From Actinomycetota bacterium (lineage in GTDB: Bacteria; Actinomycetota; Acidimicrobiia; IMCC26256; VFJJ01), in assembly GCA_009886115.1 (NCBI GenBank), contig VFJJ01000142.1:1-59093 (forward strand): DNA of 59,093 nucleotides. The letters are read 5' to 3'. The position numbers were made by a program, and so were the translations under genes. The notes under the pieces are model-generated. The model did not search any database. It was not told where the DNA came from and saw only the letters and a program-made list of their open reading frames with translations. Within the stretch, counting starts at the first letter, position 1, and the number at the start of each line of letters is the position of its first letter. Positions 9,688-19,224 of the stretch are shown in pieces.

Positions 9688-10814
9688 GGTTGCTCCATCC
9701 CGTACAACGCCAAGGCGTTGAGCCCGACGAGCCCTGCTCGAGACGTCGGCGTCATCGCCTCGGCGTGCTCGATGAGCTCGTCGACGACACCGGGGTACTT
9801 CGCGTCGCTGTGCGGGAAGTCGGACGCCCAGATCATGGTGTGCTGGCCGATGCGGTGGCCGAGGAGCGCAGCGGTGTGCTCGCCGGGGTCGAAGCTCACC
9901 CAGCACTGGCGGCGGAAGTACTCCGACGGCTTGAGCGTGAGGTCGGGGACCTGCCAACCGTACGACTCGATGAACTCGTCCATCCGGTCCATCCAGTGCG
10001 CCACCCATCCGCCTCCGCACTCGAGCACACCGATCTTCAGCTCCGGGTAGCGCTCGAGCACCCCGCCCCAGACCAGGTTCGACAGCGTCAGGTGCTGATC
10101 GAAGAACAGGATGGTCGCGTGGTGGGTGCCTGGGGCCATGAGGTCGGCCATGCGGCGACTGGTTCCGTCGACGTCCCACGGCCCGGCCGGATGGAACGCC
10201 AGCGGTAGCCCTTCCTCGATGAGCGCTTCGTAGACGGGGTGGAAGTCGGCGTGGTGGAGTTGCCGGCCCAGGAAGGGATTGGGTCGGCACCACCCGGCCT
10301 TCATGCCGAGGCGGGCGATGCGGTGCACCTCCTCGGCGGCTGCGGCGGGATCCTGCATGGGCAGCACGCCCGTGCCGATCAGACGCCCGGGATCGGCCTG
10401 GCACCAGTCGGCGAGCCAGTCGTTGTAGACCCGGCAATGGGCGACGGCGAGCTCGGGGTCTTCGATGCCTGCGAGCTTCAGGCTCAGCCCCCCGTACATC
10501 ACCGCAACGTCGATGCCCTCGGCGTCGAGCACCTTCAGACGCTCGTTGGCATCGAAACCGGCAGGGTTGAGGTCTTCGTAGTGCGTGCCTTGACCGAGGT
10601 TCACGTACGGGGTTCCGGCGTTGCCCAGCCCGGCGAGGCCCCTGTCGGTGAGCACCTTGTCCTCGACGAGGCACGTGTCGAAGCCGGTGTCGGCGTTCCA
10701 GCGCAAGCGCATCGCCCGGTCGCGCATCGAGGTCGGCAGGTTGTCCTCCCACAGCCGGGGGGGCTCGCAGAGATGCCCGTCGGCATCGACGACGTAGTGC
10801 CCGTGGTCGTTCAT
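9684..10814 (-). CDS. Amidohydrolase_2 family protein
   Basis: VDADGH, YNDWLADW, FHP, LECGGGW, ASDFPHSD. Confidence 0.9.
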   Translation of the reverse strand: MNDHGHYVVDADGHLCEPPRLWEDNLPTSMRDRAMRLRWNADTGFDTCLVEDKVLTDRGLAGLGNAGTPYVNLGQGTHYEDLNPAGFDANERLKVLDAEGIDVAVMYGGLSLKLAGIEDPELAVAHCRVYNDWLADWCQADPGRLIGTGVLPMQDPAAAAEEVHRIARLGMKAGWCRPNPFLGRQLHHADFHPVYEALIEEGLPLAFHPAGPWDVDGTSRRMADLMAPGTHHATILFFDQHLTLSNLVWGGVLERYPELKIGVLECGGGWVAHWMDRMDEFIESYGWQVPDLTLKPSEYFRRQCWVSFDPGEHTAALLGHRIGQHTMIWASDFPHSDAKYPGVVDELIEHAEAMTPTSRAGLVGLNALALYGMEQP

Positions 10815-10920
10815 GGCCCTCCCGGGAAGCTCACGCGTGTCCAGCCGTCAGGGTGCGCTCGCGACCGTCGAGCGTCAACCACGTGCTTGTTATCGGACGC
10901 GTGACGGCTACCGTGGGGCC

Positions 10921-11766
10921 GTGGCTTCGACCCCGTCGGTCAACACCCGACGTGCCTATCGTGCCGACTGGGCCGACTTCGTCGCGTGGTGCGCCTCGCA
11001 GCGCCGGCGGGCCCTGCCGGCGACCCCGGCCACCGTGGCGGCGTACGTCGCGTGGTCGGGAGAGCGCCACCGACCGTCGACGGTCCATCGGCGCCTGGCT
11101 GCGATCTCGTTCGAGCACGCCGCCGTGGGTGCGCCGTCGCCGTGTCGGCACGACGGCGTTCGCGCCGCCGACGCCCTGGTCGCCTGGCACGGGCGTGACC
11201 TGCGCTCGCCGGCGGCGCCGGCGACGGTCGACCACGTGCTCTCGATCGTGCGCTGCTTCGACGAATCGGCGGCCGGGAGGCGTGATCACGCGCTCGTGCT
11301 CGTGATGTTCGGGGCCGGCCTGCGCCGGGCCCAGGTCGCGGCGCTCGATCTCGCAGACGTGCGTGTCGGGAGACGATCACTCCGCATCGCAGTTCCCGCC
11401 CGTCCCGAGATCCTCGTTCCGGCGGGCTCGAGACCGGAGCTGTGCGCGGTCACGGCATGGCGGGCCTGGCTCCGATTGCGATCGGTGCCCACGCCCGTTC
11501 GGGACCCGGGACCGGTTCCGGCGTTCTGCCCGGTCGATCGGTTCGACCGCATCCAGCCGGGCCGACTCTCCGATCGCGGGGTGTCGCGGGTGGTCGCTCG
11601 TGCTGCTGTGGCCGCAGGAATCGATCCTCACCAGATCACGACAGGTTCGTTGCGAGCTGGGCTGGTGAGGGTGGCCAAGGCGAGGGGCGTCGCCGACGAC
11701 ACGATCATGCGTCAGACGGGGCATCGCCAGGCGCGGCGTGTTCGGGAGCTCTCCCGGAGTCGCTGA
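10921..11766 (+). CDS. Cre-like tyrosine recombinase homolog with degenerate catalytic residues
   Basis: NTRRAYRADW..F..WC N-domain, RRLAAIS, RDHAL..GLRR, SLRAG, IMRQTGH; catalytic K, H and Y not found. Confidence 0.82.
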   Translation: MASTPSVNTRRAYRADWADFVAWCASQRRRALPATPATVAAYVAWSGERHRPSTVHRRLAAISFEHAAVGAPSPCRHDGVRAADALVAWHGRDLRSPAAPATVDHVLSIVRCFDESAAGRRDHALVLVMFGAGLRRAQVAALDLADVRVGRRSLRIAVPARPEILVPAGSRPELCAVTAWRAWLRLRSVPTPVRDPGPVPAFCPVDRFDRIQPGRLSDRGVSRVVARAAVAAGIDPHQITTGSLRAGLVRVAKARGVADDTIMRQTGHRQARRVRELSRSR

Positions 11767-11778
11767 GCCCGGTCAACC

Positions 11779-13428
11779 TCAGGCGCTGCGGTTGGTGCCG
11801 CCGGGGTAGGCGCCCCCGCCGAACTGCTCGTCGAGCGCGTCGTAGTCGACCAGGAAACCCTTGCGGGGCAAGGCGTCGATGAACTCGACGGTGCGAGGCT
11901 TCTTGTACGAGGCGATCCGGGTGCGGCAGTGCTCGATGAGCTCCTCGGCCGTGACGGACGGGCTGCCGGCGACAGGGTTGCCGTCGTTGCCGTCGCTGCT
12001 GTCGCTGCCGTCGTTGCCGTCGTTGCCGTCGCGCAGCACGACGATGGCCTTCACCGACTGGGTCCACCGGTCGTCGGGCACGCCGATGATCGCCACGTCG
12101 GCGACTGCGGGATGGGTGCGCAGACAGCTCTCGACCTCGGCCGGGTAGATGTTCTCGGCGGCCGACTTGAGCATGCGGCCCTTGGGTCCGATGAACGAGA
12201 TCGAACCGTCGGCTTCCCGCCGGCCCAGGTCGTTGGTGCGGTACCAGCCGTTGCTGGTGCGCCGGGCGTTCTCGTCGGCCCGGTCCCAGTAGCCGTTCAT
12301 GACCGTGAGGCCGCGCACGGCGATCTCGCCGACGTCGCCGTGCCGGCACTCGGCACCGTCGTCGTCGAGGATGCGGATCGACGTGACCGGCGACGCTCGC
12401 CCATGGGTCCCGAGGGGCCTGCTGGCCGGATCGTCGGGGTCGTCGAACGCGGTGAACGTGGTCATGCCCATCACCTCGGTCTGACCGAATCCGCCCGGGC
12501 GCCGCCCCCACGGGCTCTCGTCGGGCGACGTCATCGCGACCCACTCGGGACGGCCGCCCAGGATCCGCAGCGACGAGAGGTCGTAGCGCCCGTCACGGTT
12601 CGCCTCGACGATCTGGTCGATCGTGGGGCCCAGGATGTAGGCGCCGGTGCAGCGCTCCCGGTCGATCAGCTCGCACAGCTCCTCGGCCACGACCCGCCTG
12701 ACGAACACGTTGGTGCCGGCCATGTGGAAGGTCGCCAGCGTGAACATGAAGCAGCCGATGTGGAAGAGCGGCCCCGAGCACAGGTAGCGGTACTGCGGGG
12801 TGATCTGCTGGGCCATGGCGATCACGAGGTCCTGGCTGATGATCGCCAGATGGCTGAGCTGGGCGCCGTTGGGCCGGCCCGAGAACGCGGCCGTGTAGAT
12901 CTGCAGGACGGGGAGCTCGGCGCCGACCTCCATCTCGGGATCGTCGGCGGCGCCCGAGGCGAGGAACGCCTCGTACGAATCTGCTGCCGAATCGGCGCCG
13001 GCCGGGTGCACGGCGGTGTCGTGGCGCAGCCAGCGGGCATCAGACGTACGGGCCAACGCCCGTCCGGCCCGTACGTCTTCGCCGACCTCCTCCTCCTGCC
13101 AGATCACGATGGCCGGCGCGGAGTCGTCGATGACGAAGGCCAGCTCCTCGGGGGTCTGGCGCCAGTTCACCGGGCACAAGACGGCGCCGATCTTGGCGCA
13201 GGCGAGCAGGGCCTCCATGATGCGGAAGGAGTTCTGGCCCAACCAGAGCACCCGGCCGCCGACGCCGACTCCATGGGCGACGAGGGCGTTGGCGAGGCGA
13301 CTCACACGATCGTCGAGCTCGAGATAGGTGAGCCTGGTGGAGCCGTCGACGACGGCAGTCTGGAGCGGCCACGAGCGACGGTGCTCGCGGATGATGTCGC
13401 CGAGCGTGAGGTTGCGGATGGAGTCCAT
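11779..13428 (-). CDS. Acyl-CoA synthetase (AMP-binding)
   Basis: YTAAFSGRPNG (variant P-loop), FGQTE, WYRTNDLG, ENIYPAEVE, YKKPR. Confidence 0.9.
   Translation of the reverse strand: MDSIRNLTLGDIIREHRRSWPLQTAVVDGSTRLTYLELDDRVSRLANALVAHGVGVGGRVLWLGQNSFRIMEALLACAKIGAVLCPVNWRQTPEELAFVIDDSAPAIVIWQEEEVGEDVRAGRALARTSDARWLRHDTAVHPAGADSAADSYEAFLASGAADDPEMEVGAELPVLQIYTAAFSGRPNGAQLSHLAIISQDLVIAMAQQITPQYRYLCSGPLFHIGCFMFTLATFHMAGTNVFVRRVVAEELCELIDRERCTGAYILGPTIDQIVEANRDGRYDLSSLRILGGRPEWVAMTSPDESPWGRRPGGFGQTEVMGMTTFTAFDDPDDPASRPLGTHGRASPVTSIRILDDDGAECRHGDVGEIAVRGLTVMNGYWDRADENARRTSNGWYRTNDLGRREADGSISFIGPKGRMLKSAAENIYPAEVESCLRTHPAVADVAIIGVPDDRWTQSVKAIVVLRDGNDGNDGSDSSDGNDGNPVAGSPSVTAEELIEHCRTRIASYKKPRTVEFIDALPRKGFLVDYDALDEQFGGGAYPGGTNRSA
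11977..12030. repeat. In-frame 9-bp tandem repeat x6 (DGN/DGS/DSS)
   Basis: gttgccgtc and variants, inside the ligase C-terminal domain. Confidence 0.85.
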
Positions 13429-13437
13429 CGCGGCGCC

Positions 13438-14250
13438 CTACTTCCCGTCCGACTGCGCGGTGTTCCCCAGCGAACCCGCGATGCGGGCCGTGAGGGGGGC
13501 TGGGACGAGCTTGGTCAGCACGGCCCCGATCTTGTTCTGCACGCCGGGGATGCTCACGGCCCGGTTGCGGTCGAGATCGGCCAACGCCCGGGTCACGACC
13601 TGCTGGGCCGTCTGCCACAGCGCTTCGGGCACATTGGTGCCGCTGTAGCCCGAGCGTTCCTGGAACTCGGTGCGGGTGTACCCGGGGCACACGGCCATGA
13701 CGCTCACGCCCGTCGTGCGGCACTCGCCGCGAAGCGACTGGCTGAACGAGTTCACGAAGGCCTTCGTGGCCGAGTAGGTGGCCAACTGGGGGACGGGCGA
13801 GTACCCGCCGAGTGACGACACGTTCACGATCGCCCCGAACCGGCGGCGCACCATGGGGCCGAGCGCGGCATGGGCCAGGCGGACCAGCGCCACGACGTTG
13901 AGCTCGATCATCAGCTCCTCACGATCGACCGGCAACTCGTGGAACGGTCCGCCGGTGCCGAAGCCGGCGTTGTTGACGAGCAGATCGACCGGAGCCTGCT
14001 CGGACGCCGGCGTGGCGAGGCGGACCTCGACGGTCGCCCGTTCGCCAGCGTGGGTGAGGTTGGCGGGGAGCACCTCGACCGAGCGGCCGTGCTCGCGGCG
14101 CAAATCGGCTGCCAGCGCTTCCAGCCGCGAAACGTCGCGAGCCACGAGCACCAGGTTGCAACCGCGGGCCGCGAGCTGCCGCGAGAACTCGTCGCCGATG
14201 CCTGCCGAGGCGCCGGTGACGAGTGCGGTGGGCCAGTGTCGTCGTGCCAT
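13438..14250 (-). CDS. SDR family oxidoreductase
   Basis: TGASAGIG, NNAGFG, YSATK. Confidence 0.93.
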   Translation of the reverse strand: MARRHWPTALVTGASAGIGDEFSRQLAARGCNLVLVARDVSRLEALAADLRREHGRSVEVLPANLTHAGERATVEVRLATPASEQAPVDLLVNNAGFGTGGPFHELPVDREELMIELNVVALVRLAHAALGPMVRRRFGAIVNVSSLGGYSPVPQLATYSATKAFVNSFSQSLRGECRTTGVSVMAVCPGYTRTEFQERSGYSGTNVPEALWQTAQQVVTRALADLDRNRAVSIPGVQNKIGAVLTKLVPAPLTARIAGSLGNTAQSDGK

Positions 14251-14286
14251 GGGCCGGAGTCTCGCGCCGGAGGGTACCGTGGCTCC

Positions 14287-15069
14287 ATGGGAACCGAGAT
14301 CGACGACGTGTCACCGGCCGAGAACTCCACTGCGGGTTGGCGTTGCGCCGTGTTGGGTGCCGGCGTGATGGGCAGCGGGATCGCGCAGTCGCTGGCCCAG
14401 GCGGGCTACGAGGCCGTCTGCTACGACGTGAGCACCGAGGCCCTCGAACGGGCCGTCGAGGGTGTGCGCACGGGCCGCTACGGCGTCGAGCGTGCGGTCG
14501 AGCGAGGCAAGCTCACCCGTGAGGCTGCCGACGCCGCGTTGGGCCGCCTGTCGTTCACCGGGTCGTTCGACGACGCCGTCTCCCGGGCCGACCTCGTCGT
14601 CGAGGCCGTGTTCGAGGACCTGCCGCTCAAGATCCGCGTGTTCCGCGAGCTCGACGAGGCGGCCCCCGCCGGAGCGATCCTGGCGTCGAACACCTCGGGT
14701 TTCCCGATCGGGGCCATCGCCGCGGCAACCGATCGGCCCGAGCAGGTGATCGGCTGGCACTGGGCGTCACCGCCGCAGGTGATGCGCCTGGCCGAGATCG
14801 TCCGCCACCCGGCCACGAGCGACGCCGTCGTCGAGGCCGTGAGCGAGGCGGCCCGTCGCTGCGGCAAGAACCCCATCGTGGTCAACGACCAGCCCATGGC
14901 CTGGGGCTTCGTGGCCAACCGTGTGTACGGGGCCATGTTGCGCGAGGCCGAACGGGTGATCGGCGAAGGGGTGGCCAGCCGGGAGCAGGTGAACCAGCTC
15001 ATGGTCGACTGCTTCAACTGGCCCGTGGGTCCCTACGGGATGGTCGCCGGCGCCAAGGGCGGCTGGTAG
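14287..15069 (+). CDS. 3-hydroxyacyl-CoA dehydrogenase family protein
   Basis: GAGVMGSGIA, EAVFE, ASNTSG, catalytic His...Glu (GWH...AEIV), GFVANR. Confidence 0.9.
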   Translation: MGTEIDDVSPAENSTAGWRCAVLGAGVMGSGIAQSLAQAGYEAVCYDVSTEALERAVEGVRTGRYGVERAVERGKLTREAADAALGRLSFTGSFDDAVSRADLVVEAVFEDLPLKIRVFRELDEAAPAGAILASNTSGFPIGAIAAATDRPEQVIGWHWASPPQVMRLAEIVRHPATSDAVVEAVSEAARRCGKNPIVVNDQPMAWGFVANRVYGAMLREAERVIGEGVASREQVNQLMVDCFNWPVGPYGMVAGAKGGW

Positions 15070-15078
15070 GCCGTTCTG

Positions 15079-15115
15079 TGCGCGGAAATGCTCACCCCGT
15101 GAGCATTTCCGCGCA
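15079..15115. repeat. REP-like intergenic palindrome, copy 2 (between convergent genes; possible terminator)
   Basis: 17-bp perfect arms tgcgcggaaatgctcac / gtgagcatttccgcgca with a 3-nt loop. Confidence 0.85.
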
Positions 15116-15145
15116 AATTTCGTGGTGGTGGGGGAGGTTGCGGGC

Positions 15146-15592
15146 TCAGGCGTCCTTCTTGCGGCGGACGATGAGGACGAACTTGGTCGTGAGGACCGGC
15201 GCCGCGGTGGTCTTGTTCTTCCAGGTGGTCGTCGAGACGTAGAACTCCATCACCCCGGTGGAGCCTTCCTTTTCGTACACCTCGTCGACGACGCCGTGGC
15301 CCTCGAGCACGTCGCCGACCCGGGGCCACGAGTGGTACTCGAACGACTGCTCGCCGTGGAGGATCAGCCCCCGCTTGCGCAGCTCGTTCATGTCGATGCC
15401 GCCGCCGACGGCCTCACCCGCGCTGTTCCAGTAGCTCATCACGAACGGGAACGTGGGCGGCACGGGAGCGTTGGCCGACTTGTACACCGGATCGTCGTCG
15501 AGGAGGGCCTGGGCGAAGACCTTCACCGGGCCGGCCTCGATGGTGACGACCTGCGAACCCAGGTCCAAGCCGATGTACTCGGTGAGCGCCAC
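15146..15592 (-). CDS. MaoC-family dehydratase N-terminal (hotdog) protein
   Basis: FAQALLDDDPVY, PPTF, LHGEQSFEY...GD.L. Confidence 0.85.
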   Translation of the reverse strand: MALTEYIGLDLGSQVVTIEAGPVKVFAQALLDDDPVYKSANAPVPPTFPFVMSYWNSAGEAVGGGIDMNELRKRGLILHGEQSFEYHSWPRVGDVLEGHGVVDEVYEKEGSTGVMEFYVSTTTWKNKTTAAPVLTTKFVLIVRRKKDA

Positions 15593-15637
15593 GGCTCTCC
15601 CCCTGCCTCGTGCCCCCGAACTCCGGGCCTCGGAACC

Positions 15638-15673
15638 CCAGGCCTCGTCGAGGCCTGGATGACGTGAACGTCA
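15638..15673. promoter_or_regulatory. Two adjacent palindromes (candidate operator or hairpin)
   Basis: ccaggcctcg-t-cgaggcctgg (15638-15658) and tgacgt-ga-acgtca (15660-15673) in the SDR-MaoC spacer. Confidence 0.3.
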
Positions 15674-15695
15674 GCTTGTCACCGCTCGACGGTGG

Positions 15696-16595
15696 TCACC
15701 ACTCGACGACGAACGGGGCGAGCCGGGGCGATCCGCCGGCGAACAGCGCCTCCTTGTTGGCTGCGATGTCGGCGACCGTCCACCGCGCTTCGCGGCGGAT
15801 CTGCGACGCGACCGTCCAGCCCTGGAGGAGCTGCACCGTGCCGCCGAACACCACGAACACCTGCCCGGTCACCTCGGCTGCGTCGTCGGAGGCCAACCAG
15901 GCCACCGTGGGGGCCACGTTGGCCGGCTCGTAGGGGTCGAAGCCGTCGGGGGCCGCCATGTCGAAGGCGGCCTCGGTCATGCGGGTGCGGGCCCGGGGGG
16001 CGATCGCGTTGCACGTGACCCCGTACCGCTCCATCTCGCGAGCGAAGGTGATCGCCATGGCGGCGATACCGGCCTTGGCGGTGCCGTAGTTGATCTGGCC
16101 GGCCGCGCCCATGGTGCCGGCCTCCGAGGTCGTGAAGATCATGCGCCCGTTGACATCGCGGCCCGCCTTGATCTCGGCGCGCCAGTACGAGCAGGCGTGA
16201 CGGGCCATGGCGAAATGGCCCTTGAGGTGGACGCGAATGACGGCGTCCCACTCGGCCTCCTCCATGTTGAAGCTCATCTTGTCGCGCAAGATGCCGGCGT
16301 TGTTCACGAGGATGTCGAGACGGCCGAAGTCGGCCACGGCCTGCGCCACGATGCGGGCCGACCCGGCCCAGTCGGCAACGTCGTCGGCGTTGGCCGACGC
16401 CCGTCCGCCCTCAGCCACGATCTCGGCGACGACCTGCTCGGCAGGCGACCGATCGCCACCGGAGCCGTCGCCGCTCACCCCCACGTCGTTGACGACCACC
16501 GCTGCGCCCTCGCGAGCCAGCAGGAGGGCCTCTTCGCGACCGATGCCCCGTCCGGCGCCGGTGACGATGGCGACCTTCCCGTCGAGCGCTCCCAT
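15696..16595 (-). CDS. SDR family oxidoreductase (3-hydroxyacyl-CoA dehydrogenase/MFE-like)
   Basis: TGAGRGIG, VVVND, NNAGILRD, VHLKGHF, NYGTAK. Confidence 0.93.
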   Translation of the reverse strand: MGALDGKVAIVTGAGRGIGREEALLLAREGAAVVVNDVGVSGDGSGGDRSPAEQVVAEIVAEGGRASANADDVADWAGSARIVAQAVADFGRLDILVNNAGILRDKMSFNMEEAEWDAVIRVHLKGHFAMARHACSYWRAEIKAGRDVNGRMIFTTSEAGTMGAAGQINYGTAKAGIAAMAITFAREMERYGVTCNAIAPRARTRMTEAAFDMAAPDGFDPYEPANVAPTVAWLASDDAAEVTGQVFVVFGGTVQLLQGWTVASQIRREARWTVADIAANKEALFAGGSPRLAPFVVEW

Positions 16596-16706
16596 GGTGA
16601 CCTCCGAGATGGAATCCGAGCCGGCAGCTTGGCTGTCGGCCTCCACCCAGGTCCAACGGAGGCACTGCGTGTTGGGATACCCGTGGCGCGCTGGCAGAAT
16701 GGGTCG

Positions 16707-17720
16707 ATGGGCAAGAAGCGGCGAACCCCGGCACGTCGACCCGCCAGCGGGGGTCGCGTCGCGCTCGCCGAGCGCTCCCGACGCGACGGCCCGCTCCCTC
16801 CGAGCGTGCTGCCGGGCGAGGTGAGCCCGATGCGGATGGTGCCGCTGTCCATCGCCAGGCCCGACTACGCCGCCACCGGTCACCCGTCGAGCCGATTCTC
16901 GGCCAACGTCGTCAAGAACGCCGACCAGATCAGCCGGATGCGCACCGCGTGCCTGGCCGCTCGCGAGGTGCTCGACGAGATCTGCGTGCTCGTGGCCCCC
17001 GGGGTCACCACCGAGACGATCGACGAGGCCTGTCATGAGGCCTACCTCGCCCGAGGTGGCTACCCCTCGACGCTCAACTACCACGGCTACCCCAAGTCGC
17101 TGTGCACCTCGGTGAACGAGGTGATCTGCCACGGGATCCCCGACAGCCGTGCGCTGCGTGAGGGCGACATCGTCAACCTCGACGTGACGATCTTCCTCGA
17201 CGGGATGCACGGCGACTGCTCGGCCACGTACCTCGTCGGCGAGGTCGACGCCGTTTCGCGTCGGCTCGTCGAGGTCACGCACGAGTCGCTCTGGCGGGGG
17301 ATCGGCGCCATCGTCCCGGGCCAGCCGATCAACGTGGTCGGCCGGGCGATCCAGCGCTGTGCGGAGGCCGCCGACTTCGGCGTCGTGCGGGCCTTCGTGG
17401 GCCACGGCATCGGCGAGGTCTTCCACATGGAGCCCTCGGTCCCCCATTTCTACGATCCCGATGCCCGAGCCACCATGCGCCCGGGCATGACCTTCACCAT
17501 CGAGCCCATGATCACGATGGGCGCCTGGCGCCACGACACCTGGAAGGACGGGTGGACGGCCGTCACGGTCGACCGTCGGCGCACTGCCCAGTTCGAGCAC
17601 ACCGTGCTGGTCACCGACGACGGCGTCGACGTGCTCACCGCGGGCCCCGACGAGGTCGCGAGCTGGCGCGACCGGCTGGCGGCCGCCGAGCAGCTCGCGG
17701 GAGGCTCCGCACCGCGCTGA
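16707..17720 (+). CDS. map: Type I methionine aminopeptidase
   Basis: CTSVNEVICHGIP, NLDVT, HGDCS, GHGIG, FTIEPMI, AQFEHT. Confidence 0.95.
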   Translation: MGKKRRTPARRPASGGRVALAERSRRDGPLPPSVLPGEVSPMRMVPLSIARPDYAATGHPSSRFSANVVKNADQISRMRTACLAAREVLDEICVLVAPGVTTETIDEACHEAYLARGGYPSTLNYHGYPKSLCTSVNEVICHGIPDSRALREGDIVNLDVTIFLDGMHGDCSATYLVGEVDAVSRRLVEVTHESLWRGIGAIVPGQPINVVGRAIQRCAEAADFGVVRAFVGHGIGEVFHMEPSVPHFYDPDARATMRPGMTFTIEPMITMGAWRHDTWKDGWTAVTVDRRRTAQFEHTVLVTDDGVDVLTAGPDEVASWRDRLAAAEQLAGGSAPR

Positions 17721-17810
17721 GCCGGCAACGGCTGACGGGCTGACGGGGTGTCGAGCTGTTGGCTCCGGACGGCGATGGAGCGACGAACGGGAACGGGGAC
17801 GGGGACGGTC

Positions 17811-19211
17811 ATGGTGAGCCGGGAGCTGACGGTCGGGATCGACATCGGCACCACGTCGGTGAAGGCCGTCGCCGCCGACCCCGATGGCGTGATCGTGGCC
17901 CGGGCCCGGGTCGTGCACCCGATCGAGGTCCCGGCCCCCGACCGGTTCCAGCACGACGCCGATCTCGCTTGGCGCCGCAACGTGCTGGAGGCCATGGCCC
18001 AGATCCGCGCCGAGGTGGGCGACGACGAGTCGATCAGGGCGGTCAACGTGGCGTCGATGGTGCCGTCACTGACAGCGGTCGACGGCGCCGGCGTCCCCAT
18101 CGCACCGGGCCTGCTCTACGGCGATGGCCGCGGCCGGGTCGAGGACTCGAGCGACCCCGACGATCGATCACCAGCGCGCCACGGGGAGTCGACCCAGTTC
18201 CTCCGGTGGCTGCACACCGAACACCCCGACGCCGCGGGCTTCTGGCCGGCGGTCGCCGTCGCCAACGCCGCGCTCGCCGGCGGGGGCCTCGAACACGGCG
18301 TGGTGGGGCGAGGGGGCGTTGCTCCGATGTTCCCGCTGTTCGACTTCGCGACCGGCGGCTGGAACACGGCGGTGCTCGACGACGTGGGCGTGAGCCCAGG
18401 GCAGCTGCCCGGGTTCTCGTCGGAGGCGACCGGACGGGTGGGAACCGTCGCCGGTCTGGCCCACATCGTGATCGGGCCGGGGACGGTCGACGCGACGGGC
18501 GAGCAGATCGTCAGCGGCGCCACCGAGGCGGGCGACGTCCTCGTGATCTGCGGCACCACGCTCATCACCTGGGGCGTGCTCGCCGCGATGGGCCAGGCGC
18601 CCGGGCTGTGGACGATCCCCCACAGCACGCCCGACCGGTTCCTCGTGGGCGGCCCGTCGAACGCCGGCGGCCTGTTCATCAACTGGGCCTTGAGTGCGCT
18701 GGCCGCGGTCGCCGACGGGGTGAGGCCCGAGCATCCCGAACGCGTACCGGTGTGGATGCCCTACGTGCGGGGCGAGCGCACACCGTTGCACGATCCCGAT
18801 CGCCGCTCCGAGATCCTGGGCCTCGACCTTTCGCACGGCGCGGTGGCGCTCCGGCGAGCCGTGTTCGAGGCCGCCGGGTTCGTGGTGCGCCACCATCTCG
18901 ATCTCGGAGCCGCTGCGGGACTGAATCCTCGGCGGATCGTGGCGACGGGCGGCGGCACCCGGGTCGGCGACTGGCTGCAGGCCCTGGCCGACTGCACCGG
19001 GGTGCCCGTCGACGTCGTCGCCGTGGCCGAGGGCGGCGCGCTCGGCGCGGCGTTCGGCGCTCGTATGGCCGCCGGCCTCGAGTCGAGCGAGGCCGACGGC
19101 GCCCGCTGGGCCCGGATCTCGCACCGGGTCGAGCCCGACCCCGCGTGGCGGGCCGCCTGCGACGCCCGGTACCTCGCGTTCCGCGAAGCTGCCGGTGGCC
19201 CCGCCGCGTAA
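17811..19211 (+). CDS. FGGY-family carbohydrate kinase (xylulokinase-like)
   Basis: GIDIGTTSVK, CGTT, PYVRGERTP, RAVFEA, TGGG. Confidence 0.88.
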   Translation: MVSRELTVGIDIGTTSVKAVAADPDGVIVARARVVHPIEVPAPDRFQHDADLAWRRNVLEAMAQIRAEVGDDESIRAVNVASMVPSLTAVDGAGVPIAPGLLYGDGRGRVEDSSDPDDRSPARHGESTQFLRWLHTEHPDAAGFWPAVAVANAALAGGGLEHGVVGRGGVAPMFPLFDFATGGWNTAVLDDVGVSPGQLPGFSSEATGRVGTVAGLAHIVIGPGTVDATGEQIVSGATEAGDVLVICGTTLITWGVLAAMGQAPGLWTIPHSTPDRFLVGGPSNAGGLFINWALSALAAVADGVRPEHPERVPVWMPYVRGERTPLHDPDRRSEILGLDLSHGAVALRRAVFEAAGFVVRHHLDLGAAAGLNPRRIVATGGGTRVGDWLQALADCTGVPVDVVAVAEGGALGAAFGARMAAGLESSEADGARWARISHRVEPDPAWRAACDARYLAFREAAGGPAA

Positions 19212-19224
19212 GGTGGCCAGGGTG

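Noticed and set aside
7972..10752. 926-aa fused amidohydrolase suggested by the ORF track
   Set aside because: The N-terminal extension is an off-frame overlap with 9684-10814; the likely start is GTG 9687. Similar over-extension affects track ORFs 15696-17954, 40571-42883 and 46660-48750
10921..11766. Integrase marking a prophage or ICE
   Set aside because: No phage or conjugation genes, adjacent tRNA or att-like direct repeats seen; catalytic residues are missing
15638..15673. KstR/KstR2 operator
   Set aside because: The palindromes do not match TnnAACnnGTTnnA or AnCAAGnnCTTGnT; kept only as low-confidence generic sites
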